From assembly GCA_030041545.1 (NCBI GenBank), contig JASHNQ010000062.1, positions 38,156-102,155 on the forward strand: a stretch of 64,000 nt of DNA. The letters run 5' to 3'. Origin of the DNA: a candidate division FCPU426 bacterium (GTDB taxonomy: Bacteria; Oederibacteriota; Muellerivitia; Muellerivitales; Muellerivitaceae). The position numbers and the translations under genes are program-made. The notes beneath the pieces were generated by a model that did no database searches, was not told the origin of the DNA, and was given only the letters and a program-made list of their open reading frames with translations. This document shows, piece after piece, positions 17,488 through 27,098 of this stretch (position 1 is the stretch's first letter; every line of letters begins with the position of its first letter).

Positions 17488-18182
17488 CGATGGAGGGCTT
17501 TTTCCTGGGCACGAAGGACCTGCCGGATTCCGGTTTCGGCCAATTTCAAAAGGCCATCCAATTCCTTCCGGCTGAATGGTTCTTTCTCCGCGGTTCCCTG
17601 GATTTCGACGAATTGACCCGATGCCGTCATGACCACGTTGAAATCAACGTCGGCTTGGGAATCCTCCTCATAACATAAGTCCAGGACGGGCTTGCCCTGA
17701 ACGATGCCCACGCTGACCGCCGCCACCGCTTCGCGGATCGGCATCCGGTCCAGTGTTTTTTTGTTGACCAGGCCCGACAAGGCATCCACGAGGGCCACGT
17801 AGGCGCCGTTGATGGAGGCCGTACGGGTTCCCCCGTCGGCCTGCAAGACATCGCAGTCCAGGACGATTTGCCGCTCTCCCAAGGCTTCCAAATCCATTAC
17901 CGACCGCAGGGATCTCCCGACCAGCCTCTGGATTTCATGGGTCCGCCCATCGATCTTTCCCCTGACCGCCGCCCGCAGCGTCCGTTCGGCCGTGCTGCGG
18001 GGGAGCATGGAATATTCGGCGGTAACCCAACCCCTGCCTTTCCCCCGGAGGAAGGAAGGCACCTCCTCGGAAACCGATGCGGTGCACAGGACTTTCGTCT
18101 GGCCCATGGACACCAGAACCGAGCCTTCGGCGTACCGGGTGTAGGACCGCAAGAATTGAACCGGCCGTATTGGGGCTGCCAT
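17484..18182 (-). CDS. rph: ribonuclease PH
   Basis: [41 protein letters not shown]. Confidence 0.96.
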   Translation of the reverse strand: MAAPIRPVQFLRSYTRYAEGSVLVSMGQTKVLCTASVSEEVPSFLRGKGRGWVTAEYSMLPRSTAERTLRAAVRGKIDGRTHEIQRLVGRSLRSVMDLEALGERQIVLDCDVLQADGGTRTASINGAYVALVDALSGLVNKKTLDRMPIREAVAAVSVGIVQGKPVLDLCYEEDSQADVDFNVVMTASGQFVEIQGTAEKEPFSRKELDGLLKLAETGIRQVLRAQEKALHR

Positions 18183-18194
18183 TCCTCCCCCTTT

Positions 18195-18392
18195 TTAAAC
18201 CGCTAAAAAAGAAAAACCCCATCCCGCGCTTGCCGGCAGGTGAGGTTTAAAAAAAGCCCTTGCGATGATTGAACTCACACAATTCATCTTTAGAAAAAGG
18301 GCCTTGGGCCCCATAATGAACCTTGTGCCGCCCTCATGACAATGCATCGGGCGGAGCCCGATCTTAGAAACGAGAATGAGGGCGAACCGTGT
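18195..18392 (-). ncRNA. candidate structured leader or sRNA upstream of rph (family not recognised)
   Basis: Lies downstream of a TTGACA-17-TAAAAT promoter; nested hairpins and two hairpin+U-tract motifs. Confidence 0.35.
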
Positions 18393-18394
18393 GG

Positions 18395-18423
18395 ATTTTA
18401 TCTTCCCTTTTTTACCTTGTCAA
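18395..18423 (-). promoter_or_regulatory. sigma70-type promoter upstream of the rph leader
   Basis: TTGACA-AGGTAAAAAAGGGAAGA-TAAAAT. Confidence 0.65.
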
Positions 18424-18466
18424 CTTAAGGCCTAAGTGGGTAGTGTTACAGTTTGCCCTAGGATCA

Positions 18467-18551
18467 CCCTCACCCTACCCTCTCCCGTCAAGGGAGAGGG
18501 GGAAATACACACAAAAACCCTCGCCCCTTGGGGGAGAGGGTAGGGTGAGGG
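18467..18551. repeat. 85-bp REP/MITE-like palindrome
   Basis: Perfect 20-bp terminal inverted repeat CCCTCACCCTACCCTCTCCC / GGGAGAGGGTAGGGTGAGGG with an internal hairpin. Confidence 0.85.
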
Positions 18552-18593
18552 GTGTCTAGATGTTTGTGCTGAAATGAAACTGATACACCACCC

Positions 18594-19562
18594 CTAAGTG
18601 GAAGCCACATAGGAACTCAAGCGCTTCAAGTGGACGGCGTTCTTCCCTTCCCGCACGGCCTTTTGCGTTTTCTCGCTGATCCATTGATAGAGATGAGCGC
18701 GGACCTTGTTCTTCAAACCCGTTCCCAACCCCTTTTCCACCGCCTGAAGCCGGAGCTTCAATAAGGTTGCCAAAGCCGCATCCAGCACCTCATCCGCCTT
18801 TTGGGGGTCAAGGGATTTTCGATTGTCCATCAACCGCTGGCTGTCCATCGATCCATCCTCCAGGAGATTGCCGGAGGCGTCCCAATTGGCATTTCGGAAA
18901 ATTTCCGGATATTTTTCACGGGCCAATTCCACGGTCCGGCCCAGCATGGTGAGAGTTTTTTTCTCCCCCACTAAATCTTTCAATTCATAAGCAATGATGT
19001 TCCGGAATTCGTCATATAGCATTAAAAATTCATGTTCCGCCTGCAGTCGTCTCAACTCTTCTGGATCGGGCCCTGGAACCGCGGGAGTTGTGGCGGAAGG
19101 GGTTGGTCCGCCGGCCACGGCGGCCACGGGCGTCGAACCAGCTCCCATGAAAGGCGGCGCCATTGGCGCGTTGAAGTCAATGGGCGACGCGGAAAAAGGC
19201 GGGGGAGCGGGTTTTTCCTCCCCCGGAGTCCCCAATAACTCACTGCTAGAAAAGGTTTCAACCGGGGCGACATCCGCAGCGGATGCTTCCTGGAAACGGC
19301 GTTCCAATTCCTGGCTTTTGGCTTCCAACTCCATATTCCGGCTGTTCATCCATTCCTGGAAATGGTTCTCAGCCTCGGCGGAAGCGGAAGAAGGAGGGGA
19401 AACCGACTTCGGGGACTCCCCCGCATCCACGGCTTCTTCCAGCTTTTCGGAAGGGCCGGAAAGGTCTCCTCCAAAAAGTTCCGAAATATCGATCTTTAAC
19501 TCGTCATCCGGCTTCCGCATCGCCCGCCTTCCTCGCTTCTCGGATTTCATCATATAAAGCAC
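18594..19562 (-). CDS. hypothetical protein: acidic/Pro-rich N-half, helical C-terminal domain; start uncertain
   Basis: Long ORF filling the gap between rph and the upstream operon; globular-looking C-terminal ~150 aa. Confidence 0.75.
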   Translation of the reverse strand: MLYMMKSEKRGRRAMRKPDDELKIDISELFGGDLSGPSEKLEEAVDAGESPKSVSPPSSASAEAENHFQEWMNSRNMELEAKSQELERRFQEASAADVAPVETFSSSELLGTPGEEKPAPPPFSASPIDFNAPMAPPFMGAGSTPVAAVAGGPTPSATTPAVPGPDPEELRRLQAEHEFLMLYDEFRNIIAYELKDLVGEKKTLTMLGRTVELAREKYPEIFRNANWDASGNLLEDGSMDSQRLMDNRKSLDPQKADEVLDAALATLLKLRLQAVEKGLGTGLKNKVRAHLYQWISEKTQKAVREGKNAVHLKRLSSYVAST

Positions 19563-19744
19563 GCCGGAACCTTGTCAACGAGCCGCCGATTCGGCGTGAC
19601 AGCGCCCTATCCGCCGAAGTGTTTTGAAGTCGGAATGGCGGTGGGGGATTGGGAAGTTCCGTCGCCAAAATGAGCGTGTTGAAAAACCCATCTGTGATGG
19701 GATTGTTCAACGTCGCCTTCGAGACAATCCCGCGATTTCAAAAG

Positions 19745-20821
19745 CTAGAAGTCCCTCTGCACAGTCGCGGTTATCAAGTCTTCGATGTAATACTGGCCGG
19801 GTTGGATGTATTCGTTCCGGAACCGGCTGGCTCCCAGGCTCGCCGACCATTGGGGAGCCCAATCCCACGTGGCCTTGACCGAAAGCAGGTCCTGGCTGTC
19901 CTCGTCGATAAAACCGATGTTGAGGAAGGAATTCGTCAGGGGCTGGACGTCGTAAACCTTGGAGAAAAGCCGGAACAGCAGTTGAAGATAAACGGAGGGC
20001 GAGGGGCGCACCACCGCAGCCCAGGAAACGCTTTGGACGGTGTTGGAAAACCCGTAGCTGTTGGAATTCGTCCGTTGTTGCTCCAAATTGAAGTCTTGTA
20101 GGATGTTCCCGAGGTAGAGGTGGGCGTTTAAAAGGACCGACCAAGTTTCGTCCGTTTGGAGGGTTCCAGGAATCGGGGCGGTTTCGGTGACTGCCCAACG
20201 GTCGAACTGCCGGTTGTTGTAACTGCCCTCGAGTTTGACCGATATCCTCTCGTCGATTTCCCTTCCAACGCCGGCCAAGACGCCCTGGTCCACAAAATTT
20301 TCGGTCTGGATGGTCGCGGCGGCGCTGTAATATTGCCGGGAGAAGTACTTGCCTTCGATTTCATAATTCCACGGCCCGGCAGGGTTCCATTGGGCCCCTG
20401 CCAGGTTGTCGTCGTCCCAATAGTTGAACTGGTCGTACTGGCTATCGCGGACAAAATATTCCTTTTTGTAATAAAAGCGGAAGTCCTGCGGTTCCGCCGT
20501 CAGCAAAAGGTCAAAACGGTCCTTCAGGCTGCTGAGGACGGAGTAAAATTGATATTGGTCTACGCCTAAATGGTAGTCCAGTTCGGCCTGGATCATTCCC
20601 CAGGAGGAACGCGCCTGTCCTCCCCCGTTCAACAGGTATATCTCGTCCGACAACCGGGTGGCGGGATTGGGCGACTGGAACACGTTGTCGCCAAAACGAT
20701 AGCCAAACTCAAGGGGGCTTAGGTCCGCGTTCAACTGTGGGCCGCCCTGATCCGCGGCTTGCTGGGCCCAGCCGGAAGGCGGGATCAAGATCAGAATCAA
20801 CAATAGCCATTTCCTTTTCAT
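19745..20821 (-). CDS. putative outer-membrane beta-barrel protein
   Basis: Signal peptide (MKRKWLLLILILIPPSGWA), aromatic alternating strands, C-terminal Phe (ATVQRDF). Confidence 0.7.
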   Translation of the reverse strand: MKRKWLLLILILIPPSGWAQQAADQGGPQLNADLSPLEFGYRFGDNVFQSPNPATRLSDEIYLLNGGGQARSSWGMIQAELDYHLGVDQYQFYSVLSSLKDRFDLLLTAEPQDFRFYYKKEYFVRDSQYDQFNYWDDDNLAGAQWNPAGPWNYEIEGKYFSRQYYSAAATIQTENFVDQGVLAGVGREIDERISVKLEGSYNNRQFDRWAVTETAPIPGTLQTDETWSVLLNAHLYLGNILQDFNLEQQRTNSNSYGFSNTVQSVSWAAVVRPSPSVYLQLLFRLFSKVYDVQPLTNSFLNIGFIDEDSQDLLSVKATWDWAPQWSASLGASRFRNEYIQPGQYYIEDLITATVQRDF

Positions 20822-21846
20822 TTCATCTCCCCCTTCCCCAGCGAGTCCATTTGTTTTTGAACCTTGTCCATGAATTGGTCGAGCTGGCCCAATGAGGCTT
20901 GGCCACGGGCACTCATTTGGCGAAGGGCGCCCAGCCGGGCCTCCAGCCGCTGGCGCTCTTTATCGCCGGCCATATCGTTTAAATCGTTGCGTTTCAAACT
21001 GTTGTGGGGAAAACTCGAATCCTCGTTGTCCCTTTGGATGTCCTCCAGAAATTCCTGCATTTTCCCCTGGAGCTTCAATTCATTCTTTACTTCCTCTTCC
21101 TCGATGGACCATTTTTCAATCTGGTCCTCCAGGCTTTTCTTCCGATCCCGGATCAAATCCAAGGTCAAAAGAAGGCCTTCCCTGTCGCCGGCCGGGGGAG
21201 CCCCGAAAGAGGCGGGAAGGGGCGGATTTTCAAGGCTGTTTTTCTCGCGGTACTGTTGGAGGAGCGCCTGGATTCGGTTGCGTTTTTGGATCAAAAGCGT
21301 CAATTCGTCCAACTTGAAATTCAACAGGAAGGGCGGGGCGGACGGTTCACCCGTTTCAAGGTCCTCGGCGATACGGTCGTTGTAGAGGGCGATGAGGGAA
21401 AGGGCCTTTTGTTCGAATTCCTTTTGCTTCCCGTCCCATTGGTGTTGAAGGTCAGAATTGTTTTCTAATTTTCCCTTCAGGTCGTTCAAGAGGCCCTTCA
21501 GCCGGAAGTCGTCAAAAACTCCGCCTCCGTCCCGGGTTTCCTCCCGGAGTTGGGCGCTTTTCAACTCGAGTTTCCGGATGTCATCCCGCAGGCCCTTCAT
21601 TTTCATTTGGGTATCCGACAGCCATTGGGAAAGGGCGAGTACCGACCCCTCGAACTGGGCGACGACGCTTTTCCATTGGGTGTCTGTCAAACTGACGCCC
21701 GAGTCCGAAACGGGTGGCACCGTCTGGGCCTGTGACGTACCGGAAAGCCCAAAAGGGAAGGACAATAAAAGAAACATCCACGCCGAAGGCGCGAAGGTTC
21801 GGGGGGCGAATTTTTTCTCTAAAAAAAAATGAAGGCCGCTTTTCAT
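20818..21846 (-). CDS. exported coiled-coil protein
   Basis: Hydrophobic signal-like segment followed by long heptad-rich helices; ATGA overlaps at both ends. Confidence 0.7.
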   Translation of the reverse strand: MKSGLHFFLEKKFAPRTFAPSAWMFLLLSFPFGLSGTSQAQTVPPVSDSGVSLTDTQWKSVVAQFEGSVLALSQWLSDTQMKMKGLRDDIRKLELKSAQLREETRDGGGVFDDFRLKGLLNDLKGKLENNSDLQHQWDGKQKEFEQKALSLIALYNDRIAEDLETGEPSAPPFLLNFKLDELTLLIQKRNRIQALLQQYREKNSLENPPLPASFGAPPAGDREGLLLTLDLIRDRKKSLEDQIEKWSIEEEEVKNELKLQGKMQEFLEDIQRDNEDSSFPHNSLKRNDLNDMAGDKERQRLEARLGALRQMSARGQASLGQLDQFMDKVQKQMDSLGKGEMK

Positions 21847-23237
21847 TCCGTTGGATCGGTTCCCTCGGCGGTTTCGCTCAGGAGGCCGTATTTCTTCAAC
21901 TTATAAATGAGCGCCGTCCGGTTGATGTCCAGCAGTTTGGCGGCTTTGGTTTGGACGTGATCGGCCTTTTCCATGGCCTTGAGGATGAGCTCTTTCTCGT
22001 AGTTCTCCACCTTCTCGGTAAGGCTGGCATCCTCCTTCAAAACATGAAGATATTCGTCCTTTTGGAAGGTCTGGATGTCCAGGGGAAGGTTGGAGGGATA
22101 AATGGTGTCGGCATCGGCTAAAACCACGGCCCGTTGGACGGCGTTCTCCAACTCTCTCACGTTCCCGGGCCAGTTGTAGCGCGCCATCAGGTCAATGGCC
22201 TTTCTGTCGATCTTGGATATTTTTTTATTGGCCTCCAGGCTGTAACGGTTCAGGAAATGCACGGCCAGGCGCTCGATGTCCTCCTTGCGCTCCCGCAAGG
22301 GCGGGACGTGGATGGGCACCACGTTGAGGCGGAAAAAAAGGTCCTCCCGGAACTGCCCTTTCTTGATGGCCTCCTCCAGGTTCTTGTTGGTGGCCGCAAT
22401 GACCCGCACGTCCGACCGGATGCTTTCGGTGCCCCCCACCCTTTCAAACTCCTTCTCCTGCAGCACGCGCAGGAGCTTCACCTGGGTGGCCAGGCTGATG
22501 TCCCCGATCTCATCCAGGAAAATGGAACCGCCGTTGGCCAGTTCGAACCGCCCAATGCGCTTGCCCGCGGCTCCGGTGAAGGAGCCCTTTTCGTGGCCGA
22601 AGAGCTCGCTCTCCAACACACCTTCCGCCAAGACGGCGCAATTGACCTTAATGAAGGGTTTTTCCTTCCGGCGGCTGTTGAAGTGAATGGCGTGGGCGAC
22701 CAGTTCCTTGCCGGTGCCGGATTCCCCGCGGATTAAAACCGCCGTATCGGTAGGCGCGACTTTATCGATGAGCTCATAGACCGGCTGCATGGAGGGGCTG
22801 TTGCCCACGATGCGCTTGTAGTTGTACTGGTCGTTGAGTTTCTCGCGCAAGTACTTGTTTTCGTAGAGCAGCTTCTGGCGCTCGATGGCTTTTTCCACCG
22901 TCAGTTTCACCTGTTCGGTGGAAAAGGGTTTGGTGATGTAATCATAGGCCCCCAATTTCATGGCTTCCACGGCCGTTTCGATAGTGCCGTAGGCCGTCAT
23001 GATGATGACCACGATTTCCGTATCCAGTTCCTTGATCATCTTCAAGAGCGTCATACCGTCCAAGCGGGGCATCTTGATATCGGTGATGACCACGTCCACG
23101 TGCTTGGTCTTGATGATTTCCAGGGCCTTTTCCCCATCCTCGGCTTCCTGGATGGTCTTTTGATCGCTTTCCAGCGTTTGCCGCAACACCTTGCGCATGC
23201 TGGATTTATCGTCCACCAATAAGATCGTGCTCATCAA
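21843..23237 (-). CDS. sigma54-dependent response regulator (NtrC/AtoC family)
   Basis: Receiver (LLVDD, DIKMP), Walker A GESGTGKE, ESELFGHEKGSFTGA (GAFTGA variant), Fis-type HTH. Confidence 0.95.
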   Translation of the reverse strand: MMSTILLVDDKSSMRKVLRQTLESDQKTIQEAEDGEKALEIIKTKHVDVVITDIKMPRLDGMTLLKMIKELDTEIVVIIMTAYGTIETAVEAMKLGAYDYITKPFSTEQVKLTVEKAIERQKLLYENKYLREKLNDQYNYKRIVGNSPSMQPVYELIDKVAPTDTAVLIRGESGTGKELVAHAIHFNSRRKEKPFIKVNCAVLAEGVLESELFGHEKGSFTGAAGKRIGRFELANGGSIFLDEIGDISLATQVKLLRVLQEKEFERVGGTESIRSDVRVIAATNKNLEEAIKKGQFREDLFFRLNVVPIHVPPLRERKEDIERLAVHFLNRYSLEANKKISKIDRKAIDLMARYNWPGNVRELENAVQRAVVLADADTIYPSNLPLDIQTFQKDEYLHVLKEDASLTEKVENYEKELILKAMEKADHVQTKAAKLLDINRTALIYKLKKYGLLSETAEGTDPTE

Positions 23238-25162
23238 GCAGCCTCCCTTTTTTTATCGACGGCCGGCAAAAGGATCAAGAACATGGCCCCGCCCTCACGG
23301 CGGTTGGCGGCGGCCACGTTCCCGCCCATGGATTCCACGATTTTTTTCGTAATCGACAGGCCCAGCCCGAATCCCTCGGTTTTGGTTGTGAAAAAAGGCG
23401 TGAACAACCTTCTCATGTTTTCCGGCGCAATACCCGGCCCCTCGTCCAGCACCCACAAGGCGGCCCACTGCCCTTCGGTTTCAACCGGGGACAGTTCGTT
23501 GAATCCCTTTTCCTCCAAAAAACGCATCAGTCCCATGCGGGAAAAACCCCGCATGCCCAGCGTGACGACCCGTCCGGCCGGCGTGGCCTGGACCGCGTTA
23601 AGGGCCAGGTTCAAGACCGCGCGGCGGAATTGTTCCACGTCGATGCGCGTCCAAAGCCCGGCCTGGGGATCAAAAAAAACCGTATTTTTTTTGGCTTCGG
23701 CCTCCTTCTCCACCAGGGGGAGGACCCCTTGGACCACTTCGGCTAATTCGGTTTCCTGAGGCTCGATTTCGGTGGGTTTGGCGAAGACCAGGAAGTTGGT
23801 GACGATTTTGTTCAGGATTTCAATCTCCGATGCGATGTCGGCCACCATTTCCTGGGCATCGGCCTGCCGGGTCAGCTTTTTTTGCAAGATCTCCGTGAAC
23901 CCTTTCATGGCCCCCAAGGGGTTGCGGATCTCATGCGCGATGCCGGCGGCCAGTTCTCCGATGGTGGCCATTTTTTCCGAAGTCTTGATCTGGTCCTGCA
24001 GCTTTCTCAACTGCGTCTCGTCGGTGAAAAGGACCTCCACCCCCAGTTCCTGGGCATCCGGCCCCAAGAGGGGTGCGCTGCGCAGCCGGATAAACTTGGG
24101 CGCCTCCTCGGAAAGGTTGATCTCCTCGTTTTCCAAATGGCGGCGGCCCGAGAGGATCAGTTGGAGGGCGCTTAAGAAAGGCGGGTATTTGGAAAAGGCC
24201 TTCTCAAAATGGCCGTGGAGGGCCTTTTCCTGGGGTATCTCGAGTATGCGTGAAGCCGCTTGGTTGAAGGTGGTCACGAAGCCGTCCCAATCCATCACCA
24301 GCAGGCCGTTGGACATGCTTTCCAGGATGTATTCGTTGTGGCTCTGCAACCGGCGGGTCATCTCGTTAAAGGCCTGGGCCAAGGCGCCCAGTTCATTGGA
24401 GGAAGTCACGGAAACGCGCTGGCTGAAATCCCCTTCCGCGACCTTTTGGGATGCCCGGGCCATTTCCTCAATGGGCGAGATGAACCTCCTCCCGAAAGCG
24501 AAAAGAAGCCCCCCCATCAGCAGGAGGCAAACGAGGCCGAAGCTGAAAAGCACCCTGGCGAACTGGTTGAGACCGGAAATAAATTTGGCGCTGGCTTCCA
24601 CGCCCAGGATGGCGATGACCTTTCGGCCCTTGTAAATGGGCGCGTAGCCGATTTTGTAGATACCCCCGTCGCTTTCCGGGAACAAGATGGAGGCGTCGGG
24701 AAACCCGTTCTTCGCCCGGAGGAACGGCTCCGAATCCAGGTCCCTCAGCCAGTTGTTTTCCTTGAAATCGTATTGGCCGTTGGCGTCCACCAACACCCGG
24801 CCTTCCGGGTCCAAAATGAATAGATTACGCGCCTGGCTTTCGGCCTTTTTATCCGCGAGGAATTCCCGGAATTTCCCGTAGAGTTCGCCCTTGCCGTTCA
24901 AATAAGGCAGCCATTCGGCCTTCGTTTGGCCCGCCGAAAGACGGGCAATGGCCACTAGGCGGTCCCCCAATTCGGTGTCGAAAGTGCGCTTGGAAACGTA
25001 ATAAGCAAAACCGCCGTAAACGAAAAGAATGACGATTCCAACGAAAAGGGTGCGGCTGACCAGTTCAGCCAGGACACTGCCCCTGAAAAAGTAAGAGTCT
25101 TTTTTCATTCCCGTCTCAAATCGGCTATCCAAAAATCCGTCACACTCCGAAACTGATGTCAT
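23234..25162 (-). CDS. sensor histidine kinase (periplasmic sensor, HAMP, PAS); start may be 25108
   Basis: Two TMs, HAMP (NELGALAQAFNEM), AGIAHEIRNPL, DEGPGI, PFFTTKTEGFGLGL. Confidence 0.93.
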   Translation of the reverse strand: MTSVSECDGFLDSRFETGMKKDSYFFRGSVLAELVSRTLFVGIVILFVYGGFAYYVSKRTFDTELGDRLVAIARLSAGQTKAEWLPYLNGKGELYGKFREFLADKKAESQARNLFILDPEGRVLVDANGQYDFKENNWLRDLDSEPFLRAKNGFPDASILFPESDGGIYKIGYAPIYKGRKVIAILGVEASAKFISGLNQFARVLFSFGLVCLLLMGGLLFAFGRRFISPIEEMARASQKVAEGDFSQRVSVTSSNELGALAQAFNEMTRRLQSHNEYILESMSNGLLVMDWDGFVTTFNQAASRILEIPQEKALHGHFEKAFSKYPPFLSALQLILSGRRHLENEEINLSEEAPKFIRLRSAPLLGPDAQELGVEVLFTDETQLRKLQDQIKTSEKMATIGELAAGIAHEIRNPLGAMKGFTEILQKKLTRQADAQEMVADIASEIEILNKIVTNFLVFAKPTEIEPQETELAEVVQGVLPLVEKEAEAKKNTVFFDPQAGLWTRIDVEQFRRAVLNLALNAVQATPAGRVVTLGMRGFSRMGLMRFLEEKGFNELSPVETEGQWAALWVLDEGPGIAPENMRRLFTPFFTTKTEGFGLGLSITKKIVESMGGNVAAANRREGGAMFLILLPAVDKKREAA

Positions 25163-25261
25163 TTTATTGACTTCGTGACTAAATTATAACGCCTAAAAAT
25201 TTTTTTGTGAGATTTTTGACTTAAAATGGGGCTTAAGAAAGGTAGAAAAAAACCACTGCGG

Positions 25262-27076
25262 TTAGGGATGAAACGCCTTATAAAGCTTGTAGGCCAGTTC
25301 CTTGGAGAATCCAGGAACGGAGGTAAGGTCTTCCAAGGCGGCTTCCTGCACGGCTTTCACCGACTCAAAACGGTTCAGCAGGGCCCGGAGGCGGGAGGGC
25401 CCAATGCCTTTCACTTTTTGGAGCAGGGACGTGACGGCTTGCCGGTCGCGGATGATGCGGTGATAGCCCACGGCGAAGCGGTGGGATTCATCCCGAACCC
25501 GCTGCAGTAGGTGGCGAGCCTTCAGATGGCCCCTAAAATCAACGGGTTCGCCTTGGCCTGGCACAAAGACCTCCTCTTCCCTTTTAGCCAAGGAAGCCAG
25601 CCCATAATCGCCCCCCAGTTCCCTGTCCAAAACCTCTTTCACGGCGCTCAGCTGGCCTTTACCCCCGTCAATGAGGAATAAATCCGGCAAGGGGTTCCCT
25701 TCCCTTTCCACCAGGCGGATATAACGACGCATCATCTCTTGGTGCGATCGGAAGTCATCTGGGCCCTGGACTTCCTTAATCTTGAATTTCCGATAACGTC
25801 CCTTTTCGGGAACGCCGTCCTTGAAAAACACCGCCGAGCCCACGGTAAAGCTGCCTTGCAAGGTGGAAATGTCGAAACAAGCGATGTTCCGGGGCAAATT
25901 TTTCAGGTTTAAAAGGTTTTGAAGCTCCGTTAAAAGATTCGTTTGCTGGACGTCCTCTTTCAAGGCGGTCAGGACGTTTTTTTCCGCCATTTGCATCAGG
26001 TCTAGCCGCCAGGCCTCGTCGGCGCGGCGAACCCGAACCGGAAACCCCTTTTGCTCCGAAAGGGACTTTTCAATGGCCTGCTGGTCGTCCCCCAACCATT
26101 CCTGGGCGATCAGCACTTCCTCCGGCACGAAAACCCCCGGTACGTAATATTGCTGGAGCAAAACGGGAAGGACCTCCTCAAAGGGCTGTTCCAACTCGTT
26201 CTCTAAAACCAGTTTGGCGTGGTCGAGCACCTTTCCCTGCCGCACCTGGACCACGGAAACCAGCACCTTGCCCAAACCCAAGGCCAAGGCCAAAACATCA
26301 ATGTCCATTTTTTTCGGGATGATCATGGCATAAGTGCCCTGCATCTGCTCGATGGAGGTGATCAGGTCCCGGTATTGGGCCGCTTCCTCGAATTCCCGCC
26401 GCTCGGCCGACTTGAGCATTCCGGCCCTTACGCTTTCCAACAGGCTCTCGTGCTTCCCTTCCAAAAACCATTGGACCCGCTTGACGAGTGGCGCGTAACC
26501 TTTCCGGTCAATGATGCCGATGCAAGGCGCAGGGCATTGGTGGATTTGGTAACTCAAACAAGCCCTTTCGGCCTTGCCGTCGATCTCGATGTTGCAGTCC
26601 CGGATATTGAAGTAGCGGTAGATAAGCTTGATGATCTCCCGGAGCTTTAAATTGGGGTAAGGGCCGTAATACTTGGAGCCGTCCTGGAGGGGCCGGCGGG
26701 AAATAAGGACCCTTGGGAAGTCTTCCTTCATCGTCAGCTTCAGGTAGGGGTAGCTTTTATCGTCCCGCAAGACCACGTTGTAACGGGGACGGTTTTTCTT
26801 GATAAGGTTGCTTTCCAGGAGCAGGGCCTGGTTTTCATCGGCCGTGAGAACGAACTCCAGGTGGTCCGATTGCCCCATCAGGCTCCTTACCTTGGGGCTT
26901 TGTTGGTTGGCGGAATTGAAGTAGGAAGAAACCCTTTTTTTGAGGGAGACCGCTTTGCCCACGTAAAGCACGGTCTCATGGGCGTTCTTGAAAAGGTAAA
27001 CTCCCGGCGCGTCGGGAAATCCCAGGGCTTGTTCTCTCAACCGTTCGAATTGGGTTCGGGGGGATACGTCAGGCAA
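25262..27076 (-). CDS. uvrC: excinuclease ABC subunit C
   Basis: GIY-YIG (PGVYLF..LYVGKA), YNVVLRDDKSYPY, DISTLQG, LIDGGKGQL, RDESHRFA, HhH motif. Confidence 0.97.
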   Translation of the reverse strand: MPDVSPRTQFERLREQALGFPDAPGVYLFKNAHETVLYVGKAVSLKKRVSSYFNSANQQSPKVRSLMGQSDHLEFVLTADENQALLLESNLIKKNRPRYNVVLRDDKSYPYLKLTMKEDFPRVLISRRPLQDGSKYYGPYPNLKLREIIKLIYRYFNIRDCNIEIDGKAERACLSYQIHQCPAPCIGIIDRKGYAPLVKRVQWFLEGKHESLLESVRAGMLKSAERREFEEAAQYRDLITSIEQMQGTYAMIIPKKMDIDVLALALGLGKVLVSVVQVRQGKVLDHAKLVLENELEQPFEEVLPVLLQQYYVPGVFVPEEVLIAQEWLGDDQQAIEKSLSEQKGFPVRVRRADEAWRLDLMQMAEKNVLTALKEDVQQTNLLTELQNLLNLKNLPRNIACFDISTLQGSFTVGSAVFFKDGVPEKGRYRKFKIKEVQGPDDFRSHQEMMRRYIRLVEREGNPLPDLFLIDGGKGQLSAVKEVLDRELGGDYGLASLAKREEEVFVPGQGEPVDFRGHLKARHLLQRVRDESHRFAVGYHRIIRDRQAVTSLLQKVKGIGPSRLRALLNRFESVKAVQEAALEDLTSVPGFSKELAYKLYKAFHP

Positions 27077-27098
27077 GTGGAATCCTCCCGGAACCGGC

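Noticed and set aside
18195-18392. 6S RNA
   Set aside because: The size fits, but I could not pair the 5' and 3' ends into the long closing stem; kept only as an unassigned structured-RNA candidate.
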